NCBI GenBank assembly: GCA_021834525.1
Contig: JAKBDK010000011.1
Location: 11,686-75,685 of the forward strand
From: Pseudomonadota bacterium
Lineage (GTDB): Bacteria; Pseudomonadota; Gammaproteobacteria; Steroidobacterales; Steroidobacteraceae
Length of the DNA: 64,000 nucleotides
Direction: 5' to 3'
Below the pieces are notes generated by a model. That model was given only the letters and a program-made list of their open reading frames with translations, was not told the DNA's origin and did not search any database. Shown here one piece after another: positions 1 through 10,552 of the stretch. Both the position numbers and the translations under genes were made by a program. Position 1 is the stretch's first letter, and every line of letters begins with the position of its first letter.

Positions 1-969
1 CCGCGCGTGTGGTCGCAGCCCGACCGGGCCCAGCAGCTCGGCCGGGAGCGGGCGAACCTCAGCACCGACATCGAGGCGATCGCCCGGGTCGACGGGGGCA
101 TCAGCGCGACCACGGAGCTGCTCGAGCTCGCCGAGAGCGAGCAGGACGAGGCGACGGCTGCGGATCTGACCCGCGAGGCGGGCAGCCTGGAATCCGCGGT
201 GCGCCGCCTCGAGCTCAAGCGCATGTTCCGCGGCGAGATGGACTCGCACAGCGCGTTTCTCGACATTCAGGCCGGCGCCGGCGGCACCGAGGCGCAGGAC
301 TGGGCGCAGATGCTGCTCAGGATGTATCTGCGCTGGGGCGCGGCCCGCGGCTTTCAGTGCGAGGTGATCGATTCGAACCCGGGCGAAGTCGCCGGCATCA
401 AGAGCGCCACCGTCCAGGTGACGGGCGAGTTCGCCTACGGCTGGCTGCGCACCGAGACCGGGGTGCACCGCCTGGTGCGCAAGTCCCCGTTCGACTCGGG
501 CAACCGCCGCCACACCTCCTTCGCCTCGGTGTTCATCTCCCCGGAGGTCGATGAGGACATCGCCATCGACATCAACCCGGCGGACCTGAAGACCGACGTG
601 TACCGCTCCTCCGGCGCCGGCGGTCAGCACGTCAACAAGACCGAGTCGGCGGTGCGCATCACGCACATGCCCTCCGGCATCGTCGTGGCCTGTCAGGCGG
701 AACGCAGCCAGCACAAGAACCGCTCCACGGCGATGAAGATGCTGAAGGCGAAGCTGTACGAGCTCGAGGTGAACAAGCGCAACGCCGCCGCCAAGGTGCT
801 CGAGGATTCCAAGTCCGACGTCAGTTGGGGCAATCAGATCCGCTCCTACGTGCTCGACCAGTCGCGCATCAAAGACCTGCGCACCGGTGTCGAGGTCGGC
901 AACACCACCGCGGTGCTCGATGGGGATCTGGATCAATTCTTGGAAGCCTCACTCAAGGCGGGGCTATAG
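1..969 (+). CDS. prfB: Peptide chain release factor 2, 5'-truncated by window edge
   Basis: Frame 1 is open from base 1. It aligns from the VWxxPxRAQ region of RF2 onward, with the SPF tripeptide (RKSPFDS), the GGQ motif ([19 protein letters not shown]) and a C-terminal SLKAGL. The N-terminus and +1 frameshift site lie outside the window. Confidence 0.93.
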   Translation, partial: PRVWSQPDRAQQLGRERANLSTDIEAIARVDGGISATTELLELAESEQDEATAADLTREAGSLESAVRRLELKRMFRGEMDSHSAFLDIQAGAGGTEAQDWAQMLLRMYLRWGAARGFQCEVIDSNPGEVAGIKSATVQVTGEFAYGWLRTETGVHRLVRKSPFDSGNRRHTSFASVFISPEVDEDIAIDINPADLKTDVYRSSGAGGQHVNKTESAVRITHMPSGIVVACQAERSQHKNRSTAMKMLKAKLYELEVNKRNAAAKVLEDSKSDVSWGNQIRSYVLDQSRIKDLRTGVEVGNTTAVLDGDLDQFLEASLKAGL

Positions 970-976
970 GCAGCAC

Positions 977-2491
977 ATGACCGACATGCATCCAGACCCG
1001 GTCGAGCGGACCGATGAGAACAAGCTGATCGCCGAGCGGCGCACCAAGCTCGACGCGCTGCGCACCGAGGGCGAGGCGTATCCGAACGATTTCCGCCGCG
1101 ATGCGCTCGCCGGCCAGCTGCAGGAGGCGTTCGCGCCCCGCGACGAGCAGTGGCTCGAGTCGAATCCGACGCGCGTGACGGTGGGCGGGCGGATGCTGCT
1201 GAAGCGGGTGATGGGCAAAGTGAGCTTTGCCAACATCGTCGACCGCACCGGGCAGATTCAGCTGTTTCTGCACAAGGACACCGTCGGGGCCGAGGTGTAC
1301 GAGGCGTTCAAGGGCTGGGACGTCGGGGACATCGTCGGGGCCACCGGCATGCTGTTTCGCACCAAGACCGGGGAGCTCTCGGTGCGCGTCGAGCGGCTGC
1401 GCCTGGTGGTGAAGTCGCTGCGGCCGCTGCCGGACAAGTGGCACGGGCTGGCCGACGTCGAGACGCGCTATCGGCAGCGCTACGTCGATCTGATCGTCAA
1501 CGAGGCGAGCCGCAACGTGTTCCGTACGCGGGCGCGCATCGTGCGCTACCTGCGCGACTTCCTCGATGCGCTCGATTTCATCGAAGTCGAGACTCCGATG
1601 ATGCAGCCGATCCCCGGCGGCGCTGCGGCGCGGCCGTTCGTGACGCATCACAATGCGCTCGATCTGCAGATGTACCTGCGCATCGCCCCGGAGCTGTACC
1701 TGAAGCGCCTGGTGGTCGGGGGCTTCGAGCGCGTCTACGAGATCAACCGCAATTTCCGCAACGAGGGGCTCTCGACCCAACACAACCCCGAGTTCACGAT
1801 GCTCGAGCTGTACCTCGCGTACGCCGATTACCGTGATCTCATGGACTGGATCGAGAAGGCGATCCGCGGCCTGGCGCAGACCATCCATGGCGCAGAGGCG
1901 CTCACCTACCAGGCGCGCCGCTACGATCTCGGCCGTCCGTTCCGGCGAGTCACGGTGGAGGAGGCGATCCTCGAGCACAACCCGGATCTCGAGCGCGACC
2001 GGCTGCGCGATCCGGCCTACCTGCGTCAGGTGTGCGCGCGCCTTGGCATCACGGTGCAGGCGCACGATGGTCCGGGCAAGCTGCAGATCGAGATCTTCGA
2101 GAAGACCGCCGAGCACACCTACATGGACCCGACCTTCGTGTGCGCCTACCCGGCGGAAGTCTCCCCGCTCTCGCGCGCCAATGATCAGGATCCGTTCATC
2201 ACCGATCGGTTCGAGCTGTTCATTGCCGGCCGCGAGCTCGCCAACGGCTTCTCCGAGCTCAACGATCCGCAGGATCAGGCGGCACGCTTTCGCGCCCAGG
2301 TCGCGCGCAAGGATCACGGCGACGAGGAGGCGATGTTCTACGACGCCGATTACGTGCGCGCGCTCGAGTACGGCATGCCGCCGACCGCCGGTCTCGGTGT
2401 CGGGATCGACCGGCTGGTGATGTTCTTCACCGATTCGCCCTCGATCCGCGACGTCATTCTCTTTCCGCACCTGCGCCCGGAAGCGACCTGA
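977..2491 (+). CDS. lysS: Lysine--tRNA ligase (class II)
   Basis: Start moved to ATG 977 (MTDMHPD...), 8 nt after the prfB stop. N-terminal OB fold followed by class II motifs ([19 protein letters not shown]). prfB-lysS adjacency is classic. Confidence 0.93.
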   Translation: MTDMHPDPVERTDENKLIAERRTKLDALRTEGEAYPNDFRRDALAGQLQEAFAPRDEQWLESNPTRVTVGGRMLLKRVMGKVSFANIVDRTGQIQLFLHKDTVGAEVYEAFKGWDVGDIVGATGMLFRTKTGELSVRVERLRLVVKSLRPLPDKWHGLADVETRYRQRYVDLIVNEASRNVFRTRARIVRYLRDFLDALDFIEVETPMMQPIPGGAAARPFVTHHNALDLQMYLRIAPELYLKRLVVGGFERVYEINRNFRNEGLSTQHNPEFTMLELYLAYADYRDLMDWIEKAIRGLAQTIHGAEALTYQARRYDLGRPFRRVTVEEAILEHNPDLERDRLRDPAYLRQVCARLGITVQAHDGPGKLQIEIFEKTAEHTYMDPTFVCAYPAEVSPLSRANDQDPFITDRFELFIAGRELANGFSELNDPQDQAARFRAQVARKDHGDEEAMFYDADYVRALEYGMPPTAGLGVGIDRLVMFFTDSPSIRDVILFPHLRPEAT

Positions 2492-2499
2492 GGCGCCCG

Positions 2500-3306
2500 G
2501 TGATCGGAGTGTTCGACTCCGGCGTCGGCGGGCTGACGGTGCTGAAGGCGCTGCTGCGCGAGCTGCCGGCCGAGCGATTCGTCTATCTCGGGGATACGGC
2601 GCGGCTGCCGTACGGCACGAAGAGTGCCGAGACGGTGAGCCGCTATGCGCTGCAGGCCGCCGAGGCGCTCGCCGGCTACGGACTGAAGTGTCTGGTGATG
2701 GCCTGCAACACGGCCTCGGCGGTGGCCCTGCCGGCGGTGCGTGCGCAGCTCTCGGCATTGCCGGTGATCGGCGTGATCGAGCCCGGCGCCGAGGCGGCCG
2801 TCGCCGCCTCGGCGAGCGGTCGCATCGCGGTGCTCGCCACCGAGGGCACGGTGCGCGGGGGCGCGTATCAGCAGGCGATCCTCAGGCGCTCTCCCGAGGC
2901 CGAGGTGTACGCACTACCGGCGCCGCTGTTCGTCGCCCTCGCCGAGGAGGGCTTGAGCGAGGGGCCGATCGCCGAAGCGGTGGCCCATCATTATCTCGAT
3001 GCGCTGTTTGCCCCCGCCGGGGGCGCGAGCGCGCCCGATACGCTCGTCCTCGGCTGCACGCACTTCCCCATGGTGGCCGCGGCGATCCGTACGGCGGTCG
3101 GCCCCGCGGTGCGCATCGTCGATTCGGCCGAGACCACGGCGCGTCACGTGCGCGCCGCGCTGTGTCAGGCAGGGCTCGCGCAGGCCGGCGGGCAGGGCGG
3201 GCTGCGTCTGCTCGCCACCGATGCCCCGGAGCGCTTCGCGCGCATCGGGGCGCGCTTCCTCGAGCGGCCGATCGGCATCCGCGAGGTCGAACTGATCGAT
3301 CTGTGA
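2500..3306 (+). CDS. murI: Glutamate racemase
   Basis: VFDSGVGGLTVL N-terminus plus the two catalytic-Cys contexts ACNTAS and GCTHFP. Confidence 0.9.
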   Translation: MIGVFDSGVGGLTVLKALLRELPAERFVYLGDTARLPYGTKSAETVSRYALQAAEALAGYGLKCLVMACNTASAVALPAVRAQLSALPVIGVIEPGAEAAVAASASGRIAVLATEGTVRGGAYQQAILRRSPEAEVYALPAPLFVALAEEGLSEGPIAEAVAHHYLDALFAPAGGASAPDTLVLGCTHFPMVAAAIRTAVGPAVRIVDSAETTARHVRAALCQAGLAQAGGQGGLRLLATDAPERFARIGARFLERPIGIREVELIDL

Positions 3307-3316
3307 GCCGGGCGGC

Positions 3317-4234
3317 TCACGGCTCGAGCGCGTAGGGCAGTGCGAGCGGCTCGACCTGCAGGCGCTGCGCTTCGGCATGCTCGGCGTGCTCGCCGTCCGG
3401 CAGGGTGGTCACCGCCAGGAACTCCGCGCGCCCGTCCGGCAACTGCGCCGACTCGAGCACTTCGAACGCACGACCGTCGTCGAGCACGCCGCTCGCCCCC
3501 GGGGCGAGCTCGAGCGGCTGGCGTGAGCGGAATCGCTGCGCGCGGCGTTTGACCCGCCCGCGGTAGTGGGCGCGCGCGATGACTTCCTGACCGGTGTAGC
3601 AGCCCTTGTCGAATGCGATCGCATCGAGCGCATCGAGATTCAACATCTGCGCGACGAAGTGCTCGCTGGTGGGCGCGTACACCTGCGTGAGGCCGGCGCG
3701 CACATCGAGCAGCCGCCACTGTTGCCGAGCGGCCGGCGCCGGTTCGCTCGGTGTTTGATCCGCCGCGGCGATCTTCAGCCAGCGCGCCGGCGCCGCACCG
3801 ATGCACAGGTAATGCGCCGCCTCGAGCCGCGTGCAGTGGCCGGGCTCGGCCGTGAGCGCCTGCGGCGCAAGCCCTGCGGGCGTGCCGCTCGCCAGGTGCT
3901 CGGCCGGCGCCAGGGCGCTGATGCGCCATTCGGCCGATACGTCGGTAAGCGTGACCTTGGCGCGCAGCACGTACTTGGCGAGCCGATCTCTGACGATTGT
4001 CACCAGTTCGCGCGGCAGCAGCGCGAGCAGTTCGTCCTCGGCGAGTGCCACCAGCCGCAACAGCGCGATCGTGCGCCCCTGTGGGGTGTGGTAGCCGGCG
4101 AGCAGCGTGCGCTGCGGGCCGAGGCGGGTCAGGTCGTTCGACACCTGTCCCTGCAGAAAACGCGCCGCGTCGGCTCCGCCGAGGCGCAGCACGCCGAGAT
4201 CCGTCAATGGGGTGCGATGCAGTTCTGAATTCAT
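3317..4234 (-). CDS. ygfZ: Folate-binding Fe-S cluster repair/tRNA-modification protein YgfZ (GcvT-like)
   Basis: Conserved KGCYTGQEVIAR motif. Start placed at ATG 4234 (MNSELHRTPL...). The upstream 98 codons of the ORF-track call are Arg/Ala-rich and overlap the divergent gene. Confidence 0.85.
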   Translation of the reverse strand: MNSELHRTPLTDLGVLRLGGADAARFLQGQVSNDLTRLGPQRTLLAGYHTPQGRTIALLRLVALAEDELLALLPRELVTIVRDRLAKYVLRAKVTLTDVSAEWRISALAPAEHLASGTPAGLAPQALTAEPGHCTRLEAAHYLCIGAAPARWLKIAAADQTPSEPAPAARQQWRLLDVRAGLTQVYAPTSEHFVAQMLNLDALDAIAFDKGCYTGQEVIARAHYRGRVKRRAQRFRSRQPLELAPGASGVLDDGRAFEVLESAQLPDGRAEFLAVTTLPDGEHAEHAEAQRLQVEPLALPYALEP

Positions 4235-4314
4235 ATGACGATATCTTAGCGGACCGGAGCGCCCGCAAGCTGTGCCGTGGCGGGCACAGCGCGATTCTGG
4301 CAAACTCACCGGAC

Positions 4315-4497
4315 ATGCAGGACGATTCGAATACCCCCCCACCGCCGTCCGCAACTGAAACCGGCGCAGGGGCCGCAGCACATGCGCCCGCCGCGCACGA
4401 GCCGCCGCCGACGCCCCGGGAGATCGGCGGACCGGCCGGCCCCGAGCCGACGCGCTTCGGCGACTGGGAGCGCAAGGGCCGCTGTATCGACTTTTGA
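4315..4497 (+). CDS. DUF1674 protein, SDHAF4-like succinate dehydrogenase assembly factor homolog (60 aa)
   Basis: The C-terminus EIGGPAGPEPTRFGDWERKGRCIDF closely matches the SDHAF4/DUF1674 signature. Start at ATG 4315 (MQDDSNT...). The gene ends 14 nt before sdhC. Confidence 0.8.
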   Translation: MQDDSNTPPPPSATETGAGAAAHAPAAHEPPPTPREIGGPAGPEPTRFGDWERKGRCIDF

Positions 4498-4511
4498 CCC
4501 CTCGAGCACTT

Positions 4512-4901
4512 ATGGCTGAAAGACCCACTTCGCCGCATCTGTCCGTGTACCGGATGCACCGCTACACGCTGCTCACCTCCGTGTTGAACCGCGCCACCGG
4601 GCTCGTGCTCGCACTCGGGCTCCTCGTGCTGGTGTACTGGCTGATGGCCGTCGCCGGCGGGCCGCTCGCCTACGCGCACGCCGCGGCGCTGCTCGGCGGC
4701 GCGATCTTCAAGATCCTCTGGCTCGCGCTGCTCGCGGTGTTTGCCTATCACCTGTGCGCGGGCCTGCGCCACCTGGTGTGGGACAGCGGCCGCGGCCTCG
4801 AGCGCGCGCAGTCGCGCGCCAGCGCCTACCTGGTGCTGATCGGCAGCGCGGTGTTGTTTGCGGCGCTCGCCGCGTGGCTGCTCACCGGGAGACACGCATG
4901 A
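4512..4901 (+). CDS. sdhC: Succinate dehydrogenase cytochrome b556 subunit
   Basis: [12 protein letters not shown] motif, three hydrophobic helices, and position ahead of sdhDAB. Confidence 0.88.
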   Translation: MAERPTSPHLSVYRMHRYTLLTSVLNRATGLVLALGLLVLVYWLMAVAGGPLAYAHAAALLGGAIFKILWLALLAVFAYHLCAGLRHLVWDSGRGLERAQSRASAYLVLIGSAVLFAALAAWLLTGRHA

Positions 4902-5284
4902 GCCTGCGCAGTCCGCTCGGTCAGGTCCTCGGCCACGGCGCGGCCAAGACCGGCGTGCACCACTGGTGGGTGCAGCGGCTGACGGCCGTCGCGCTGGTGC
5001 CGCTCGCCATCTGGTTCGTCGTCTCGGTGCTCTCGCTGCCGACGCTCTCCTATCCGGTGGTGAGCGCCTGGATGGGCCAGCCGTGGACGGCGGTGCTGCT
5101 GATGCTGTTCGTGCTGAGTGCGGCCTGGCATTCGCAGCTCGGCGTGCGGGTGGTCATCGAGGACTACGTGCACGGGCGCGGCATGCGCACCGTGGCGCTC
5201 GCGCTCGTGACCTATCTGCACGTGCTCGCCGCCGCCGCCGGCGTGTTCGCAATTATCAAAGTGGCGTTGGGAGGCGCCGCATGA
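4898..5284 (+). CDS. sdhD: Succinate dehydrogenase hydrophobic membrane anchor subunit
   Basis: ATGA overlap with sdh[17 protein letters not shown] motif, three TM helices, and ATGA overlap with sdhA. Confidence 0.85.
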   Translation: MSLRSPLGQVLGHGAAKTGVHHWWVQRLTAVALVPLAIWFVVSVLSLPTLSYPVVSAWMGQPWTAVLLMLFVLSAAWHSQLGVRVVIEDYVHGRGMRTVALALVTYLHVLAAAAGVFAIIKVALGGAA

Positions 5285-7065
5285 GCACATACGAATTCAT
5301 CGACCATACCTACGACGTCATCGTCGTCGGCGCGGGCGGCTCCGGACTGCGTGCCACCCTCGGCCTCGCCGAGGCGGGACTGTCCACCGCCTGCATCAGT
5401 AAGCTCTTCCCGACGCGCAGTCACACCGTGGCCGCCCAGGGCGGCATCAGCGCCGCGCTCGGCAACATGGGCGAGGACGACTGGCGCTGGCACATGTACG
5501 ACACCATCAAGGGTTCGGACTGGCTCGGCGACCAGGATGCGATCGAGCTGATGTGCAAGGAGGCCCCGGCGGCGGTCATCGAGCTCGAGCACTACGGCGT
5601 GCCGTTCTCGCGCACCGAGGAGGGCCGGATCTACCAGCGTCCCTTCGGCGGTATGACCACGCACTACGGCAAGGGCATCGCGCAGCGAACCTGCGCGGCC
5701 GCCGACCGCACCGGGCACGCGCTGCTGCACACGCTCTATCAGCAGTCGATCCGCCGCTCCGCGACGTTCTTCGTCGAGTACTTCGCGATCGATCTGATCA
5801 TGGAGAACGGGGTGTGCCGCGGCGTGGTCGCCCTCGACATGACCGAAGGCAAGGTGCACCGCTTCCGCGCGCACATGACCATCCTCGCCACCGGCGGCTA
5901 CGGCCGGGCGTACTTCTCGTGCACCTCGGCGCACTCGTGCACCGGGGACGGCAATGCCATGGCGCTGCGCGCCGGGCTGCCGCTGCAGGACATGGAGTTC
6001 GTGCAGTTCCATCCGACCGGCATCTACCGCGCCGGCTGTCTGATCACCGAAGGGGCGCGCGGGGAGGGCGGCTATCTCACCAACGCCAAGGGCGAGCGCT
6101 TCATGGAGCGCTATGCGCCGAACGCGAAGGACCTCGCCTCGCGCGACGTGGTGAGTCGCGCCATGACCATCGAGATCCGGGAAGGGCGCGGCGTCGGCGC
6201 CGAGCGCGATCACATTCACCTGCATCTCGAGCACCTCGGCCCCGAGGTGATTCACGAGCGCCTGCCGGGCATCGCCGAGACCGCGCGCATCTTCGCCGGC
6301 GTCGATGTGACCCGCCAGCCGATCCCGGTGCAGCCGACCGTGCACTACAACATGGGCGGCATCCCCTGCAATTACCACGGCGAGGTGGTCCGGTTTCGCG
6401 ACGGCGATCCGGACAGTGTCGTGCCGGGGCTGATGGCGGTGGGTGAGGCGGCCTGCGTCTCGGTGCACGGGGCGAACCGGCTCGGCTCGAATTCGCTGCT
6501 CGATCTCGTGGTGTTCGGCCGCCAGGCCGCACGCCGCTGCGCCGAGCTGATCAAGCCCGGCACGCGCCATGCGGCGCTGCCGAAGGACGGCGCGGAGCTC
6601 GCCGTGTCGCGCCTGGATCGACTGCGCAACGCCAACGGCTCGCGCTCGACCGCCGAGATCCGTCTGGAGATGCAAAAGACCATGCAGCTCGATGCGGCGG
6701 TGTTTCGCACCGGGGAGTCCCTCGCCGAGGGGGCGCGCAAGCTCGGGGAGACCTACCAGTCCTTTGCCGACGTGCGGATCAACGACCGCTCGCTGGTGTG
6801 GAACACCGATCTGCTCGAGACGATGGAGCTGGAGAACCTGCTGATGCAGGCCACCGCGACCATCCACTCGGCGGTGAACCGCACCGAGAGCCGCGGCGCG
6901 CACGCGCGCGAGGACTATCCGAATCGCGACGATCAGAATTGGATGAAGCACACGCTGGTGTCGGTCGATGGGCCGAGTCAGGTGCGCTTCGAATACCGGC
7001 CGGTGCACCTCAATACGCTCACCGACGACGTCGAAACCGTTCCGCCGAAGGCGCGGACTTACTGA
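5281..7065 (+). CDS. sdhA: Succinate dehydrogenase flavoprotein subunit
   Basis: [14 protein letters not shown] dinucleotide fold; [10 protein letters not shown] (FAD-linking His); HPTG; [12 protein letters not shown]. Confidence 0.95.
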   Translation: MSTYEFIDHTYDVIVVGAGGSGLRATLGLAEAGLSTACISKLFPTRSHTVAAQGGISAALGNMGEDDWRWHMYDTIKGSDWLGDQDAIELMCKEAPAAVIELEHYGVPFSRTEEGRIYQRPFGGMTTHYGKGIAQRTCAAADRTGHALLHTLYQQSIRRSATFFVEYFAIDLIMENGVCRGVVALDMTEGKVHRFRAHMTILATGGYGRAYFSCTSAHSCTGDGNAMALRAGLPLQDMEFVQFHPTGIYRAGCLITEGARGEGGYLTNAKGERFMERYAPNAKDLASRDVVSRAMTIEIREGRGVGAERDHIHLHLEHLGPEVIHERLPGIAETARIFAGVDVTRQPIPVQPTVHYNMGGIPCNYHGEVVRFRDGDPDSVVPGLMAVGEAACVSVHGANRLGSNSLLDLVVFGRQAARRCAELIKPGTRHAALPKDGAELAVSRLDRLRNANGSRSTAEIRLEMQKTMQLDAAVFRTGESLAEGARKLGETYQSFADVRINDRSLVWNTDLLETMELENLLMQATATIHSAVNRTESRGAHAREDYPNRDDQNWMKHTLVSVDGPSQVRFEYRPVHLNTLTDDVETVPPKARTY

Positions 7066-7078
7066 CCAAGGGTTTCCG

Positions 7079-7861
7079 ATGGCTGAGTTCCGACTGCCTC
7101 CCAACTCGCGCATCCGCGGTGGTGTCACGCACAGAGCGCCCGCCGGCGCGCAGCAAGTGCGTACCTTTCGCATCTACCGCTTCGATCCGGACTCCGGGGA
7201 GAACCCGCGGGTCGACACCTTCGAGCTCGACGTCTCGGGGTGCGGGCCGATGGTCCTCGACGGACTGATCAGCATCAAGGCGAGCGTGGATTCCTCGCTG
7301 ACCTTCCGCCGCTCCTGCCGCGAGGGTATCTGCGGCTCGTGCGCGATGAACATCAACGGGGTCAACCGGCTCGCGTGCACCACCTCGATGCACGAGCTCG
7401 GCGGCGAGATCCGCATCTACCCGCTGCCGCACATGCCGGTGGTGAAGGACCTGGTGCCGGATCTGACCCAGTTCTACGCCCAGTACGCCTCGGTCAAACC
7501 CTGGCTGCAGACCGAGACGCCGCCGCCGCCGGATCGCGAGCGGCTGCAGTCGAAGGAAGAACAGGAGCAGATCGACCGGCCGGCCGCGTGCATTCTGTGC
7601 GCGTGCTGCTCGACGGCCTGCCCGAGCTACTGGTGGAACAGCGATCGGTACCTCGGACCGGCGGCGCTGCTGGCGGCGTACCGCTGGATCATCGACAGCC
7701 GCGATGAGGCCACCGGCGAGCGGCTCGATGCGCTCGAGGACCCGTTCAAGCTGTATCGCTGCCACACCATCATGAATTGCACGGACGTGTGCCCGAAGGA
7801 TCTGAATCCCGCCAAGGCCATTGCCGAAATCAAGAAAATGCTCATCGAGCGACAGAGCTGA
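7079..7861 (+). CDS. sdhB: Succinate dehydrogenase iron-sulfur subunit
   Basis: Three Cys clusters: [28 protein letters not shown] and [13 protein letters not shown]. Confidence 0.95.
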   Translation: MAEFRLPPNSRIRGGVTHRAPAGAQQVRTFRIYRFDPDSGENPRVDTFELDVSGCGPMVLDGLISIKASVDSSLTFRRSCREGICGSCAMNINGVNRLACTTSMHELGGEIRIYPLPHMPVVKDLVPDLTQFYAQYASVKPWLQTETPPPPDRERLQSKEEQEQIDRPAACILCACCSTACPSYWWNSDRYLGPAALLAAYRWIIDSRDEATGERLDALEDPFKLYRCHTIMNCTDVCPKDLNPAKAIAEIKKMLIERQS

Positions 7862-8142
7862 TGGGCGTGAGCGCCCCGCTCGATGCCGAGGGACGGCGGT
7901 TGCAGTGGCGCTGCCGGCGGGGCATGAAGGAACTCGACGTTCTCCTGGAGGTCTACGGTAACGTGGCCTTGGCCAGCGCAGGGGCGCAGGAGCGTGCGCT
8001 GCTGACGCGCCTCCTCGAGCTGCCGGACCCTGAGCTGGCCAGTTACCTGCTGGCCGGCGAGGTGGCGGACGATCCGGCCCTCGCCGCGCTCATCGAGCGG
8101 ATCCTCGCGGCGGCTGGCGCGGCCCCCCGGGTGGGGGCATGA
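7861..8142 (+). CDS. sdhE: FAD assembly factor SdhE (SDHAF2/YgfY family)
   Basis: RCRRGMKELDVLL motif (RGxxE). The ATG overlaps the sdhB stop (TGATG). Confidence 0.82.
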   Translation: MGVSAPLDAEGRRLQWRCRRGMKELDVLLEVYGNVALASAGAQERALLTRLLELPDPELASYLLAGEVADDPALAALIERILAAAGAAPRVGA

Positions 8143-8185
8143 TCGGGGTCCACCCCCCGATACCGCACGGGGCGTAGAGACTTCT

Positions 8186-8212
8186 GAACTTATCCAAAGA
8201 TTCAGTGTCTAT
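8186..8212 (+). promoter_or_regulatory. Candidate sigma-E (RpoE/AlgU)-type autoregulated promoter of rpoE
   Basis: GAACTT (8186-8191), 16-nt spacer, TCTAT (8208-8212), about 50 nt upstream of the rpoE ATG. Fits the GGAACTT-N16-TCnaA class. Confidence 0.45.
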
Positions 8213-8263
8213 TCAGGTCGCGGTGCGGGCGGCCTTCGAACATTCAGGAACAGAGGGCGCGCA

Positions 8264-8872
8264 ATGAGCGCCGATGTCAGTGATTTGAGCCTGGTTCGCC
8301 GGGTACAACGGGGCGACAAGGGTGCTTTTGATGCGCTGGTGCTCAAGTACCAGCACAAGTTGGTCAAGCTGGTGACGCGCTATGTTCGTAACCCGGCCGA
8401 AGCCGAGGACATTGCTCAAGAAGCCTTCATCAAGGCCTACCGGGCATTGCCGCAGTTTCGCGGCGACAGCGCGTTTTACACCTGGTTGTACCGCATCGCG
8501 ATCAACACCGCGAAGAACGCGGTGGTCTCTCGCGACCGCAGCCCTGTCGATTACGACTTTGACCGTGACAGCATCGATGAGTCCTACGATATGCAAGGCC
8601 GACTGAAGGATTCCGAAACCCCCGAGGGACTGGTGCTGACCGATGAGATCCGTCAGACCGTCAACGCAGCCATCGAACAGCTGCCGGAGGATCTGCGTAC
8701 CGCCATCGTGCTGCGCGAGCTCGAGGGTCTGTCCTACGAACAGATCGCCGCCTCGATGGGCTGTCCCGTCGGCACGGTGCGGTCACGGATTTTCCGGGCG
8801 CGCGAGGCGATCGACCGACGCTTGCGCGAAGTGTTCGAGGGAGGACTGGGCCGTACGGAGGAACTCGGATGA
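8264..8872 (+). CDS. rpoE: ECF sigma factor sigma-E (RpoE/AlgU)
   Basis: LVRRVQRGDKGAFDALVLKYQHKL and region 2/4 motifs. GAGGG SD upstream. Followed by rseA and rseB. Confidence 0.93.
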   Translation: MSADVSDLSLVRRVQRGDKGAFDALVLKYQHKLVKLVTRYVRNPAEAEDIAQEAFIKAYRALPQFRGDSAFYTWLYRIAINTAKNAVVSRDRSPVDYDFDRDSIDESYDMQGRLKDSETPEGLVLTDEIRQTVNAAIEQLPEDLRTAIVLRELEGLSYEQIAASMGCPVGTVRSRIFRAREAIDRRLREVFEGGLGRTEELG

Positions 8873-9537
8873 ACGAGGAACTCGACAGTCAGTTGTCCGC
8901 GATGTTCGATGACGAGCTGCCGGCGGGCGAATGCGAGCTGCTCGCGCGCCGTCTCTCGCGCGACGATGGGCAGAAGGCGCGCTGGGGGCGCTACGCACTC
9001 ATCGGGGCGGTGATCCGCGCCGAGCGCGGCGTGGTGCTGCAGAGCGCGGTGGCCGGCCGGGTGAACGCCGCGCTCAGCCACGAGCCGCAGCTCGCCACGG
9101 GCACCGACGGGGTGCCGCTGGCCGCGGCCCCCTGGATGCGCATGCTCTCGGGCGTGGGACTGGCGGCGGGCGTTGCCGCGCTGTCGATCCTGTGGTTGCG
9201 CGCCCATCATGGCGGACCGCTGCTCGCGGCCGCGCCGATGACCGTCGCGAGCGTGGCGGCGGCGCCGGTCGTCGACGGTGGGGTGCGCCGGCGCAGCCGC
9301 GGTCCGGACAGCTACGTGGTGCCCCCGACCACCCCGGGTCTCATGACGCCCATGCCGCCGACCCAGCTGGCGGATTATGTCGTGGCGCACAGCGCGTATT
9401 CCTGGCCGATCAGCGGCGGCAGCCTGCTGTCCTCGCTGATGGTCAGTGAGGCGGCGGCGAATCCGCCCGCCGCGCCCCGCCGCCGTGCGGTCCGGGCGGT
9501 CGCCGGCCATGGCCATGTCACGTCGCGGCCGCACTAG
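8869..9537 (+). CDS. rseA: Anti-sigma-E factor RseA/MucA
   Basis: ATGA overlap with rpoE. RseA_N-like N-terminus (LSAMFDDELPAGECELL) and a central TM segment. Confidence 0.8.
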   Translation: MNEELDSQLSAMFDDELPAGECELLARRLSRDDGQKARWGRYALIGAVIRAERGVVLQSAVAGRVNAALSHEPQLATGTDGVPLAAAPWMRMLSGVGLAAGVAALSILWLRAHHGGPLLAAAPMTVASVAAAPVVDGGVRRRSRGPDSYVVPPTTPGLMTPMPPTQLADYVVAHSAYSWPISGGSLLSSLMVSEAAANPPAAPRRRAVRAVAGHGHVTSRPH

Positions 9538-10552
9538 CCGGGCGTTCGGCGCCTGGGTACTGGTGTGGGCGATCGGCAGCGCCGCGGCGCTCGCCGGCGA
9601 GCCGGCGGTGCTGCTCGAGCGGATGAATCACGCCCTGAGCACCCTCGACTACGAGGGCACCTTCGCGCACTGGGAGGGCGGTCAGGTGCAGATGCTGCGC
9701 ATCGTGCACCGCATGAAGCATGGCGTGGTCTCGGAGCGGCTGCAGTCGCTCGATGGTTCGGGGCGGGAGTTCATCCGCATCGGCTCGAACCTGACCTGCT
9801 ATCTGCCCGACAAGCGCGAGGCGCTGGTCGAGCAGATGCCCAAGGGCAGCTCGCTGATCGGCACCATGCCGGTGCTGAACAAGAACACCGAGCGGTTCTA
9901 TCGGTTGCACGAGGGGCCGCGCGAGCGCATCGATCAGCACCTGACGCGCCTCGTGACGGTGATGCCGCGCGATGATTACCGCTACGGCTACCGGCTGTGG
10001 ATCGACCGGCGCGGCCTGCCGCTGAAGATTCAGCTCTGGGACGCCCGCCACGGCGGGGAGGTGATCGAGCAGATCGCCTTCGCCACGCTGAAAATCGAGC
10101 CGAATATCCCGGATGCGGCCTTCGCGCCGCAACTGTCCACGGCCGGCTACCGCTGGCTGCGCAACCACCACGCCCCGCCGCCGAAGCACGGCGGGCTGGT
10201 GTGGAATGCGCTGTGGCTGCCGCCGGGCTTTCACATGGCCACGCACGTGGCGCAGAGCATGCCGGGGACCCTCGGCCCGGTCGAGCACCTGGTGTACACC
10301 GACGGGCTGGCGTCGGTCTCGGTGTTCGTCGCCCGCCACGCGCAGCGCAAGCCGGCCCATCCGGCGGTAGAATCGGCGCATATGGGTGCGTCCTACGTGT
10401 TCTCCACATTCGTCGATGGGCATCGCGTGACCGCGGTGGGTGAGGCGCCGGCGCGCACCGTGCGCTCGATCGCCGACTCGGTGCGAGCCCAACCGGCCTC
10501 GTTCCCGGCACTCTCCGGCGGTGCGTTCGCCCATTCGGTGCCGCCGCCTTGA
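9515..10552 (+). CDS. rseB: Sigma-E regulatory protein RseB/MucB
   Basis: Signal peptide, then LLERMNHALSTLDYEGTF and LDGSGREFIR motifs. Start is ATG 9515 or 9509, overlapping the rseA end. Confidence 0.82.
   Translation: MSRRGRTSRAFGAWVLVWAIGSAAALAGEPAVLLERMNHALSTLDYEGTFAHWEGGQVQMLRIVHRMKHGVVSERLQSLDGSGREFIRIGSNLTCYLPDKREALVEQMPKGSSLIGTMPVLNKNTERFYRLHEGPRERIDQHLTRLVTVMPRDDYRYGYRLWIDRRGLPLKIQLWDARHGGEVIEQIAFATLKIEPNIPDAAFAPQLSTAGYRWLRNHHAPPPKHGGLVWNALWLPPGFHMATHVAQSMPGTLGPVEHLVYTDGLASVSVFVARHAQRKPAHPAVESAHMGASYVFSTFVDGHRVTAVGEAPARTVRSIADSVRAQPASFPALSGGAFAHSVPPP

Noticed and set aside
953-2758. 601-aa ORF antisense to lysS
   Set aside because: Arg/Ala/Pro/Gly-rich, low-complexity translation with no motif. 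It lies exactly opposite a well-supported gene, as expected from stop-codon depletion in high-GC DNA.
3165-4895. 576-aa minus-strand ORF spanning murI end, ygfZ, DUF1674 and sdhC
   Set aside because: It crosses four independently supported genes and an intergenic region in an alternative frame, and its composition is Arg/Ala-dominated.
5212-7173. 653-aa ORF antisense to sdhA
   Set aside because: Mirror-frame artefact of a highly conserved gene, with no recognisable domain.
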